A stretch of DNA of 64,000 nucleotides from contig NW_003526941.1 of the NCBI RefSeq assembly GCF_000181795.1, forward strand, positions 5,826,099 to 5,890,098. Direction: 5' to 3'. The stretch comes from Trichinella spiralis (lineage: Eukaryota). Under the pieces are notes generated by a model that saw nothing but the letters and a program-made list of their open reading frames with translations, was not told where the DNA came from and searched no databases. Below, in pieces: positions 12,831 through 25,200 of the stretch. Each line of letters begins with the position of its first letter. Position 1 is the stretch's first letter. Made by a program: the position numbers and the translations under genes.

Positions 12831-14068
12831 TTTCTCGTTTTCCTCGTTGGATTCGCCGTTCGGTTGTCAGAATGAAATGAAATCTGAATTTTCAAATGAC
12901 CATCATTCGTCTAATTTGTCACTTTATTTAAATTGTTTCTTCAAATCCTTATTTTATCTGCTTTCTTACAATTTATCATATAATATAAAATGAGTATACA
13001 TTTCATTTCTTATATTGTTTTTAGTATTTAAATTATACTTAGTAATAAAGATGAAATGACAATTTCCTTAATTACTAAAGTGTTTATATGTTTGGCAAAG
13101 CTGCAATTAAATTTTCTCTTCAAACAGAGTGCGTTAGTTAAGTTAATAAAGTGCAATGAAAAATATGCACTAGTCTCATAAGTATCAGCAGAAACGAATG
13201 AAATAAAAATTTGCATGCGATGTCGCTCGCTTTATTGACATATTGGAAATAATTTTAGTTTGAGGCCGTCCGTGTATGAGAGCGGTGCGTTTCGATTCGA
13301 AAATTCCCTGAAGACCAATATCAAATGCCAAATACTAAATTTGTTTTTTATTCATTATTATTTTTTGGAATAATTTCTGAAAAATAATTTTTCGACCAAT
13401 ATCCAAAGACAATGAACATTAGCGATGGGAAGATGGCGAATTTAGCAGTAAGTGGCAGTTTTATCATTTTTAACTCTTAATCATTTAACAATGCAATTGA
13501 GAATCTATATTCAGCATACTTTTTCAATACATTTTCTATGAAGAATTCTCAGTGGCTTTTGCCGGCAAATTTTTTACTTAAAATTAGCTTCATTTGAACC
13601 ACTTGCTTTAATGGCTTACAAAAATTTTCAGAAATACGTAGGTGTGTTTTGTCTAAATTAATTCTGTTTTGTTATGGCGTTTTTTGTCAGATAGCTTATA
13701 TTTTGACTGAAGTTTAAATGTCAAGGTCATTTTTGAATTTTCAAATAGCACTTTCCTTATTGGTAGAATTTAACGGTGCATTTCTTCTGTTCATATTCCA
13801 ACGCGGCTTAGCTAAGAATTTATCTTCAGCCAAAAGTTCTAACGCACTAAAAACCGATTTCTAACGCTGCATTATGCAAATAACTATTGTTATAACGCGC
13901 CTTATCATCAGTAAGGGTGCGTTTGTTTGTTTAATTTACGTAGCAATTGGTAGCATCGTTGAACGTTCTTTGAGTTCATTAAAGCGTTAAGTAGCTGTTG
14001 AAGTCGGTTTGCAGAATTACTAACAAGTATTCCACTTTTCAGCTTGTTATTTTTTTAAAACTTTGTAT

Positions 14069-14188
14069 ACTCATTTCGCACGCTCTTCTTCCCTGGAGCG
14101 GGGAAAGCCTACGCTTTACGCGCTGAAGAGGCGGGTGAGACTTATTGTTTCACCTGCCTCAGATGTGCGGGGAGTTAAGTGCTTTTTT
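14069..14188 (+). ncRNA. Candidate structured small RNA or TE-derived element (multi-stem junction followed by T6)
   Basis: Hairpins TTCCCTG/CGGGGAA and GAGGCGGGTGAGAC/GTTTCACCTGCCTC, closing stem TTTCGCAC/GTGCGGGG, then TTTTTT; identical inverted copy at ~26479-26598. Confidence 0.35.
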
Positions 14189-17100
14189 CTCTTTTTCTTC
14201 TTTTCAAAGTGCTTGATCAAAGTCTGATTGAAATGTTCACTAAACAATCAGTTCCTTTAAATTAATGAATGAATTTTGCTGAATACTGCGGCATATTATT
14301 ATCGTGCCAGTGCAGCCCCATTTACGTAAGACACTATTTTATACTGCTTTAATTTACGCCATAATATTATTTGTGAGAGATAGTGGCTTTGATCTGTAAC
14401 GTATTCTGGATTTTGTTGTTGTTAAGCAATTATTATAATCTTTGGTGTTTGCTCATTACATTGTTATTATACGTTTTCAAAGCATACATGTATTTCTAGG
14501 TCAGCAGACTAACTTTATGCTAATGTGATGATAAACACTGCCGTTGGCAATCTGCTACGTGCACTTTGTGCTATTCAAATGCGGTAACAATGTTCCTTAT
14601 ATAAATTTCTGTTTATTGAGAAAACTGCACTATAGTATAAATGTTCGCTGCTGAAGGGCGGTCTAATTACTTACTGCGTTGCGTTATTCGGTCATTTTCA
14701 TGGTTCAGTTCAACAAATACGTTGTGATTGTTAGACTAAAAATATGAAGAAACCACGAACATCAGTTACAAAATGTATGACTCTACGTTTGTCTTATACG
14801 TCATCCCTGATAGGTATGCTGACAGGTATGAATTTTCATATATTTGCTATTTTTTCATACAATGTTTTCTTTCTTTCTCTTGGCACACTGCACTAAACAT
14901 GCGCGCTTTTAAAGCTTTTCGTAGTTGCTTAATTTTAGTCTTTTTGAATGGAAACTAGCGCGTTGTTCTTCAGTAATGATGTTCAATTAATATTCGAGAC
15001 TTTATTACGTCCAAGTCAATATATAATAGTAATAATGGTATATATTGCTATAATTTTCAATCGTCTTTACAGATCCATTTGTAAAGTAGTACTCTGACAT
15101 AGCAGTTGAACCCCTCCCGCATTATCTTTACCGTTCACTGTAATGTTTATTGCTAAGGTAACATACTTGCCCAATTGTTTAAAGGAAATGTCTGTCACCG
15201 GGATACTGCAGTCGCACAATCGCACCCCTAAATGCTTGTTACTGCTCAAATCGTGCACAAGATTGTTTCAGCATGACATAGGAAAGCTGATGTTAGCTGG
15301 AGAACACACTTTTATACTACCACCTTTGATACTTTCAGAATGTTAGAAACGTTCCTTTCATTTTTGAAATGACTCCTTAAAGTTTCTGTTATGTTATTGT
15401 ACCGCCAATAGCACTGACTTATACAGATGCCCCTATTTTCTGTCATTGAGAAAATAACTCAATGCCCATCAGTGTTGTCAGTATTGATAAATGAACCTAC
15501 GCCTGAATATTATACGTGAAGACTGAGTGGAAGAACGCATATGACAACTTCCACCTCCTCCATCCCTTAACTTCTCCCTCATTCCTTCCTGCTATGCTGT
15601 CCCACCCTCCTTTCCTTTCTAATGATCCCCATCATTGAGCTCGTAATAATACTAAGCTGAACAGAGATCGCATTAAACTGAAAATTCTTCCCACCCCCTA
15701 TTTCGAGTTGAGTGAACAGCACTTAGCTGTTTTTATCTCATATAAATATAATTTCTCATAATTGTTATCGACTGACAATACAACCAAATCCAGGCTACTC
15801 GTGATTCTTTTCTTTAATTTTTTTCATGAAATGCAATACAGAATTGTCACCCGCATAATTTTCTTGAATTCATTGCAAGTCGATCAGTTACTGAATTTCT
15901 GCGATTAGGGTTTTTCTCACATTGTATGAAACGCGCTGATTCAGTGCTCAACCAAGTATTCAGTCTTGCTATAAATTATCATAAGGCGCAAACGAACGTG
16001 GAGGTGAACTGTCACGCGGCATACCCTCTGAAGCAGCCGCTTACCAACATTATGTCTACGCTGCGCACTTGTTAACTTCTGTGCCGAGATAAATTGTATA
16101 TTATAAAATACCTGTCGCAGTTATCATCATAAAATTTCATGAGAACTGTTTAATTTTCCATAAATATGAAAAAGTATTTTATTTTGGAAACTATTTTCAG
16201 TAGAAGCTATTTTTTATTATCCACATAATTTTGATTAGATGAAAAACATTGGTAAAATATAAATTATTGAATCACCTTGTACTTTCAAGCAACTATATTG
16301 CACAACATGCATATATACGCAGTGATCGCATTTCCGTTTATTTTTAGTAATATGCGATGCTTCAGGTAAATAATATTTCCTTTTAGGTAATTTTAGGGAA
16401 AAATATTTGCATAACAATGCAATATTACGTAGTAATATGAAGTGTGTAAATAGAAACGTAATAAATTTCATCGTCTCGTTTCATAATGTTCATTTTAGTG
16501 CGCTATTACTGATGGAAAATTAGGTTGTTCTTCCTGAGGCAAAGTAAATAGTCATTTGCATAATTTACTTATTATACAATTGACCAAGCACATCGATTTT
16601 ATTAGGTTATTTAGTTCACTGCAATGCTATCAATCTAGCATGTAGTGAACTATAATTCCGCTCTTCAGCACCATCCATGAATAACTGGTAAGTTGGCTTT
16701 GATATTTTGGTGGTGGAATGCTATGCATGTTACTTTTCTTATATGGTGAATGGAAACTGACGGGTTTCTTTTTTATTGTTGTTATTGCAAACTTTCAGGT
16801 ACATCAGACGCTGAAGACGAAGAAGTATCTATTTCTGTTTTTATTTAGAGATGACTGCATTAATATAATTCACTTTTAGAATTTACATTACTGTATTTTC
16901 ATATCAATGAATATAAAAAATCCTATCATGAGAACATGATGGCAGTATGCAGCATAATTATTTTCATCTGCTGTTGATTGGCAATCTTGTTTATTCCCGT
17001 AAAATATCAATAAAAATGATGGCCAGCAACCAGCTGCGCAAAATGATTATTTGCGAGATATTTAGATTGTAATTTAGCAACGCCATCAGCAGCACGTCTG

Positions 17101-18939
17101 TTATTGTATTCGTACGTGCAACGTAATGTAAGTAATATTGTAGATTGGTTGCCTTTGATTTTAGTAAATTTGAAATTTGAATTTTACATTAGAAATATAG
17201 CTTTTTAGATGTACAAGATAATATAACGCAATATCTGGAAAGAATGTGGGTAAAGAATATTCGTTTATTTGACACTAATTACTTATTGAATAATTCCATC
17301 TTTCTTTATTTTTTGCTGAATTGTCTTCTTTGGTATATCATCAATGACGTAATGCAACTATATTTATTTCTGTTCCATATCTTACGTAGGATAGCGGTTG
17401 AAATGATACTTATGAGAAACAGCCATATTATGAAAAGTGATTGAATCCGAATAACAGTGCATCACGATGATATTTGAATTTCATTCCTTTTGTAATCCAA
17501 TGTTTTATTTCGTTGTGTTATTTAGTATCTATTTTTTAGTTTGACTATTGCTCTGTTCATGTTTCTACCGTGATCAGTCATGTGTTTCAACAGTTCCGCT
17601 TTCTGGTTTTCTTCATCGTCACACTAAAAATGAATTTTATGCACTTTGTTATAGCAATGGGTTGTGTCAGTTCAGTGGAATTATTTCTACGAACTTGAAT
17701 ATCTTTCTCTAATGGTGGTTCGGGTTTCCCTCAATGGATTGAAAAGATGTACAAAAATCTGTAAGTAATTGAGTATCTATAATCTGTTACTATAATGAAT
17801 GTCTTCTAATTCTACTTATATCTGATCCTGTATGCTTCTTGTTATCGAATTAAATAGTGTACGTCAACATAATTGAAACGTTTTGGAATTTCTGTTGCTA
17901 TTGCCAACATGGTATGCCACGTTTACCTCAATGCGTTCTAAATATAGGAATGGATTACAACATCAAGCTTAGGGGTAAGCTTGTTCATACTCCTGCGTTA
18001 GTTTAGGTTGGCTTAATCGCGTTACTCAGTATTGGTCCTGAAATCTGTGTGGGTTTGCTTATCGCAATAGTACGATATAATTAAATAATGATTGTAATAG
18101 TAGCATATATCGTGAATATAGTCGATTTGCACTGGTTTTCAGATACACCATACAAGTCTGGTAGTGCGTGTTGCTACCAGTGCGTTTGGCGAGTATTTTT
18201 GTAGAGTATTATGTGATTAGGTAAGTTTTAGTATTTTGTAAGTAGAGATTTTGTTTTTTATTGATGAGTGATAGCATGCACACTGCATTGTTGCTTATCA
18301 CATGCTAAGAATGTTCAATTGAAAATTTCAGCGCATAACTGTTGAAGGTTGCATCATGAAGGACAAATGTTGCATGACTAACAAGTAGTTTTTATGAAAA
18401 TTTGTATATTTCGTAATTAAGGAACAACAATGCACTGTTGTTTGTCTTTAATATTTTATAATATGGTTGCTTTATATCAATGTTATTTGTTATGCTTTAC
18501 TTTTCAGCACACTTGTTTTGCAAATATTTTCAGAATCAAATTATGTTTAGATATAGATGTATGAAATTGCATTATTTGGTAACTATCCGTTATTGAACAT
18601 GTTTTTTTTACAAAGATTCGTAATCACGACGATAAATACGTCATCACAAAGCACTACCACCAGTTCATGCCGCTCAGTTTGGCGACGTATATACATTTTA
18701 CTTTTATATACTATGAAAGTTGTAAAGTGTAAATTTTGTCGTTTTAGTTTTTCAGGTTTTTATAATTTTGCTTTTCGGAATTTTTTATAATTATTGCTTG
18801 GTACTAGTGTTTTCAAGATTTTTCATTTAGGTTTAGGTAAGAATTCATTTTAGTTCTGGATTCAGAGATACAGTTAAAGGCAACATAACTAAGTAAAAAG
18901 CGTAAAGTGTAAATCTAAGTCTAAAAAGACAGAAGCAGA

Positions 18940-19237
18940 CTGGGTAAGTATGAAGATAAATAGGTAAGTTGTTTAATAGTTAAGTGTAAGTCAGGTAAGA
19001 ATAGGTGTGAAGGTAAGTATAATTGTGAAAGTATATGTGATGGTGAGTACTGCATAGATGAAGGCAGTGTGTAGAGTGAAGGTAAGTAGTGTGAAGGTAA
19101 GTATAAGTGTATAGGTAAGTAGTGTTTAGGGTGAAGGTAAGTATAACTGTGAAAGTAGGTAGTGTATAGGATGAAGGTAAGTAAAAGTGTGAAGGTAAGT
19201 AGTGTTTAGGGTGAAGGTAAGTATAACTGTGAAAGTA
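18940..19237. repeat. GAAGGTAAGT minisatellite at the inner end of the left arm
   Basis: About ten GGTAAGT words within ~300 bp. Confidence 0.9.
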
Positions 19238-19247
19238 NNNNNNNNNN

Positions 19248-21001
19248 TCTTCATAAATAAAGCTCGTGGACTGGGGATAGAAATTGGCACTTAGGATCAC
19301 GCTTTTCTTTTGCTAGCAATATCTTGTCACTGAGCGTGAAGTATTGGTTAGTGGCCATCAGTCTGTTCAACTCAGCTTCACTTTTCAATAATTTAAAACT
19401 ACGCATTCCTTGCTTGTAAATTGGATAATATGCTTGCAGGTTTGTGGGTTCTGAAAACGAGCTGATTAATTAGCTTGGCAAAGTGATGAGGAATTTGCTT
19501 ACCTGGCCTATACGTATACCAGTTGTTAGTCGAAACGATGTAGATGCAGCTGAGTGACAGAATTAACACGCAAAGCAACTTCATTTTTAATAATTTTAAA
19601 TATCACTTTGTTCTGTTCAGCTTCTTGAACGAGAGCGACTGCTTTGCAGATCATTGGCACTTGGCTTTAATAGTCTGACAGATTATGATGCTGACATTTA
19701 CCGTTTTTGTAATTTTCTTTATGTATCATCAGCAAAGTAAATAAATTTTTAGAAGCGTTTTTTGCTGCTTTTTATTGAGTGGAACTTTTAAATATTATAA
19801 CATACATGATTCATAAGCTATCAATGGAATCAAAAGAAAAATAAAACCAACAGCCATTTCCACACAGCATATTTATTTGAACTGCAACTGTGTGTAGAAA
19901 TTAAATGGAAAACTTATGCTAATGATGTTCCATTCTCATTGCGCATGTAGATTTATTTTCACGTCACTTATTCATGTGATTTATCTTAAAATTCCTGTTT
20001 TTTGAACTTCAATGCACAATTTTGAATTGCACATTAATTTTACTTGTATTATTCATTTTGCATGAAAAGCATTGCTATACATTTCAATCAGTGAATGAAT
20101 AATTGACAATATTACGTTTATTATTTGTCCGACAATCTGTCATTTAAGGTTTTTTTTCAATTTAATCGTTCCAGTATTTATAAACAACCATTCGAAAAAA
20201 AGTTGTTATTTTTCTGTTGTTCAGCCAACAATTTACGCTAAACTCCACGTGTTGCTTCTCAATTCTGAATGTATAGCAAGCTGAACTGAGGAAAAAAAAC
20301 TTTCTGCCTTCCAAAAAGCAGCAATTTTCGTTTAAGATTATAGAATTATATTGAATATGCATAACAAATGAAAAAATAAATTTCTAAAGAAAATAATTAT
20401 ATACATATTATGTCATTTAAGCTGTGCTTTGGCGGCACGCCCTTTCTATTTTAGCAGTTCCATCCGCACACACACACACACAGTACTGACCAATCGGATT
20501 CGGTTCATTTTCAATTGGCTGTACGCGGTGTTCATGTTTTGGCGGGAACTGTTCCATTATCTGGGTCATATTTAAATTTCAAATTTCTCGTTTTCCTCGT
20601 TGGATTCGCCGTTCGGTTGTCAAAATGAAATGAAATCTGAATTTTCAAATGACCATCATTCGTCTAATTTGTCACTTTATGTTAAATTGTTTCTTCACAT
20701 CCTTATTTTATCTGCTTTCTTACAATTTATCATATAATATAAAATGAGGATACGTTTCATTTCTTATATTGTATTTACTATATAAATTATACTTAATAAT
20801 AAAGATGATTTGACTATTTCCTTAATTACTAGAGTGTTTATATGTTGTGATAAAGCTGCAGTTAGATTTTTCTCGTCAAACTGAGTGCGTTACTTGATAT
20901 TAATAAGTGCAATGAAAAATATGGGAATACTCTCATATGTATCACCACAACCAAAGAAATAAAACATTCGCGTGACGATGACGCTCGCTTGATTGACATA
21001 T
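19248..21001. repeat. Direct near-identical copy of ~11496-13241, including a 3'-truncated copy of the secreted-protein gene (start 19584, minus); probably an assembly duplicate
   Basis: Identical ORFs at 19399-19584 and 11646-11831; bounded by N-gaps on both sides; mismatches pile up in the last ~320 bp as in a low-quality read end. Confidence 0.85.
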
Positions 21002-22271
21002 NNNNNNNNNNNNNNNNNNNNNNNNNNNNNNNNNNNNNNNNNNNNNNNNNNNNNNNNNNNNNNNNNNNNNNNNNNNNNNNNNNNNNNNNNNNNNNNNNNN
21101 NNNNNNNNNNNNNNNNNNNNNNNNNNNNNNNNNNNNNNNNNNNNNNNNNNNNNNNNNNNNNNNNNNNNNNNNNNNNNNNNNNNNNNNNNNNNNNNNNNNN
21201 NNNNNNNNNNNNNNNNNNNNNNNNNNNNNNNNNNNNNNNNNNNNNNNNNNNNNNNNNNNNNNNNNNNNNNNNNNNNNNNNNNNNNNNNNNNNNNNNNNNN
21301 NNNNNNNNNNNNNNNNNNNNNNNNNNNNNNNNNNNNNNNNNNNNNNNNNNNNNNNNNNNNNNNNNNNNNNNNNNNNNNNNNNNNNNNNNNNNNNNNNNNN
21401 NNNNNNNNNNNNNNNNNNNNNNNNNNNNNNNNNNNNNNNNNNNNNNNNNNNNNNNNNNNNNNNNNNNNNNNNNNNNNNNNNNNNNNNNNNNNNNNNNNNN
21501 NNNNNNNNNNNNNNNNNNNNNNNNNNNNNNNNNNNNNNNNNNNNNNNNNNNNNNNNNNNNNNNNNNNNNNNNNNNNNNNNNNNNNNNNNNNNNNNNNNNN
21601 NNNNNNNNNNNNNNNNNNNNNNNNNNNNNNNNNNNNNNNNNNNNNNNNNNNNNNNNNNNNNNNNNNNNNNNNNNNNNNNNNNNNNNNNNNNNNNNNNNNN
21701 NNNNNNNNNNNNNNNNNNNNNNNNNNNNNNNNNNNNNNNNNNNNNNNNNNNNNNNNNNNNNNNNNNNNNNNNNNNNNNNNNNNNNNNNNNNNNNNNNNNN
21801 NNNNNNNNNNNNNNNNNNNNNNNNNNNNNNNNNNNNNNNNNNNNNNNNNNNNNNNNNNNNNNNNNNNNNNNNNNNNNNNNNNNNNNNNNNNNNNNNNNNN
21901 NNNNNNNNNNNNNNNNNNNNNNNNNNNNNNNNNNNNNNNNNNNNNNNNNNNNNNNNNNNNNNNNNNNNNNNNNNNNNNNNNTGATAGGTTGCACGCGAAT
22001 CACCGGTAATTAAGTAAGACGTAGGTTATCTTATTAGCTAATCATAAAGATAAGTGCTTGATGAATAACCGGCCATCTGATTAGAAATTAAGCTTTGATC
22101 ATGGAAAGGTTATCGGTTGTTTATCAGCTAATTTTTACATATGAGGGCAATACCATTAAACTATTTTATATGGACATAAAGAATCATATACTATTTATTA
22201 ACCACAGTTTTATACGATATAGTGCTGCCTATCTTTTATAGCAATCAAGGAATTCTAACAACAACAAACTT

Positions 22272-25200
22272 AACCTTCATCCTCTACACTACCTACTTTC
22301 ACAGTTATACTTACCTTCACCCTAAAAACTACTTACCTTCACACTTATACTTACCTTCACCCTAAACACTACTTACCTCCACTCTACACACTGCCTTCAT
22401 CTATGCAGTACTCACCATCACATATACCTTCACAATTATACTTACCTTCACACCTATTACTTACACATTACTTACACTTAACTATTAAACAACTTACCTA
22501 TTTATCTTCATACTTACCCAGTCTGCTTCTTTGTCTTTTTAGACTTAGATTTACACTTTACGCTTTTTACTTAGTTATGTTGCCTTTAACTGAATCTCTG
22601 AATCCAGAACTAAAATGAATTCTTACCTAAACCTAAATGAAAAATCTTGAAAACACTAGTACCAAGCAATAATTATAAAAAATTCCGAAAAGCAAAATTA
22701 TAAAAACCTGAAAAACTAAAACGACAAAATTTACACTTTACAACTTTCATAGTATATAAAAGTAAAATGTATATACGTCGCCAAACTGAGCGGCATGAAC
22801 TGGTGGTAGTGCTTTGTGATGACGTATTTATCGACGTGATTACGAATCTTTGTAAAAACGCCACATGTTCAATAACGGATAGTTACCAAAGAATGCAGCA
22901 ATTTCATACATCTATATCTAAACATAATTTGATTCTGAAAATATTTGCAAAACAAGTGTGCTGAAAAGTAAAGCATAACAAATAACATTGATATAAAGCA
23001 ACCATATTATAAAATATTAAAGACAAAAAACAGTGCATTGTTGTTCCTTAATTACGAAATATACAAATTTTCATAAAAACTACTTGTTAGTCATACAACA
23101 TTTGTCCTTCATGATGCAACCTTCAACAGTTATGCGCTGAAATTTTCAATTGAACATTCTTAGCATGTGATAAGCAACAATGCAGTGTGCATGCTATCAC
23201 TCATCAATAAAAAACAAAATCTCTACTTACAAAATACTAAAACTTACCTAATCACATAATACTCTACAAAAATACTCGCCAAACAGAAATAAATATAGTT
23301 GCATTACGTCATTGATGATATACCAAAGAAGACAATTCAGCAAAAAATAAAGAAAGTAGGAATTATTCAATAAGTAATTAGTGTCAAATAAACGAATATT
23401 CTTTACCCACACTTTTCAGATATTGCGTTGTATTATCTTGTACATCTAAAAAGCTATATTTCTAATGTAAAATTCAAATTTCAAATTTACTAAAATCAAA
23501 GGCAACCAATCTACAATATTACTTACATTACCTTGAACGTACGAATACAATAACAGACGTGCTGCTGATGGCGTTGCTAAATTACAATCTAAATATCTCG
23601 CAAATAATCATTTTGCGCAGCTGGTTGCTGGCCATCATTTTTATTGATATTTTACGGGAATAAACAAGATTGCCAATCAACAGCAGATGAAAATAATTAT
23701 GCTGCATACTGCCATCATGTTCTCATGATAGGATTTTTTATATTCATTGATATGAAAATACAGTAATGTAAATTCTAAAAGTGAATTATATTAATGCAGT
23801 CATCTCTAAATAAAAACAGAAATAGATACTTCTTCGTCTTCAGCGTCTGATGTACCTGAAAGTTTGCAATAACAACAATAAAAAAGAAACCCGTCAGTTT
23901 CCATCCACCATATAAGAAAAGTAACATGCATAGCATTCCACCACCAAAATATCAAAGCCAACTTACCAGTTATTCATGGATGGTGCTGAAGAGCGGAATT
24001 ATAGTTCACTACATGCTAGATTGATAGCATTGCAGTGAACTGCATAACCTAATAAAATCGATGTGCTTGGTCAATTGTATAATAAGTAAATTATGCAAAT
24101 GACTATTTACTTTGCCTCAGGAAGAACAACCTAATTTTTCATCAGTAATAGCGCACTAAAATGAACATTATGAGCAACATTATGAAACGAGACGATGAAA
24201 TTTATTACGTTTCTATTTACACACTTCATATTACTACGTAATATTGCATTGTTATGCAAATATTTTTCCCTAAAATTACCTAAAAGGAAATATTATTTAC
24301 CTGAAGCATCGCATATTACTAAAAATAAACGGAAATGCGATCACTGCGTATATATGCATGTTGTGCAATATAGTTGCTTGAAAGTACAAGGTGATTCAAT
24401 AATTTATATTTTACCAATGTTTTTCATCTAATCAAAATTATGTGGATAATAAAAAAATAGCTTCTACTGAAAATAGTTTCCAAAATAAAATACTTTTTCA
24501 TATTTATGGAAAATTAAACAGTTCTCATGAAATTTTATGATGATAACTGCGACAGGTATTTTATAATATACAATTTATCTCGGCACAGAAGTTAACAAGT
24601 GCGCAGCGTAGACATAATGTTGGTAAGCGGCTGCTTCAGAGGGTATGCCGCGTGACAGTTCACCTCCACGTTCGTTTGCGCCTTATGATAATTTATAGCA
24701 AGACTGAATACTTGGTTGAGCACTGAATCAGCGCGTTTCATACAATGTGAGAAAAACCCTAATCGCAGAAATTCAGTAACTGATCGATTTGCAATGAATT
24801 CAAGAAAATTATGCGGGTGACAATTCTGTATTGCATTTCATGAAAAAAATTAAAGAAAAGAATCACGAGTAGCCTGGATTTGGTTGTATTGTCAGTCGAT
24901 AACAATTATGAGAAATTATATTTATATGAGATAAAAACAGCTAAGTGCTGTTCACTCAACTCGAAATAGGGGGTGGGAAGAATTTTCAGTTTAATGCGAT
25001 CTCTGTTCAGCTTAGTATTATTACGAGCTCAATGATGGGGATCATTAGAAAGGAAAGGAGGGTGGGACAGCATAGCAGGAAGGAATGAGGGAGAAGTTAA
25101 GGGATGGAGGAGGTGGAAGTTGTCATATGCGTTCTTCCACTCAGTCTTCACGTATAATATTCAGGCGTAGGTTCATTTATCAATACTGACAACACTGATG

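Larger units (their letters stand above)
12999..19237 (+). repeat. Left arm of a large inverted duplication (partner 22272-27666)
   Basis: Reverse-complement identity, e.g. identical ORFs 16235-16471(-) and 24195-24431(+); ORF 18557(+) corresponds to 22673(-). Confidence 0.95.

Noticed and set aside
14100..14135. Hammerhead ribozyme (GAAA ... CTGAAGA)
   Set aside because: Stems I and II cannot form around the core motifs
16235..16471. Short AT-rich ORFs in the arms (also 24195, 18557, 22673, 12409, 20162, 18980, 22403)
   Set aside because: Low-complexity or satellite translations; their identity reflects the DNA duplication, not coding constraint
19248..21001. Genuine recent gene duplication of the secreted protein
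   Set aside because: Flanked by gaps, near-identical, with error-like decay at the end; more likely a redundant contig, though not excluded without reads
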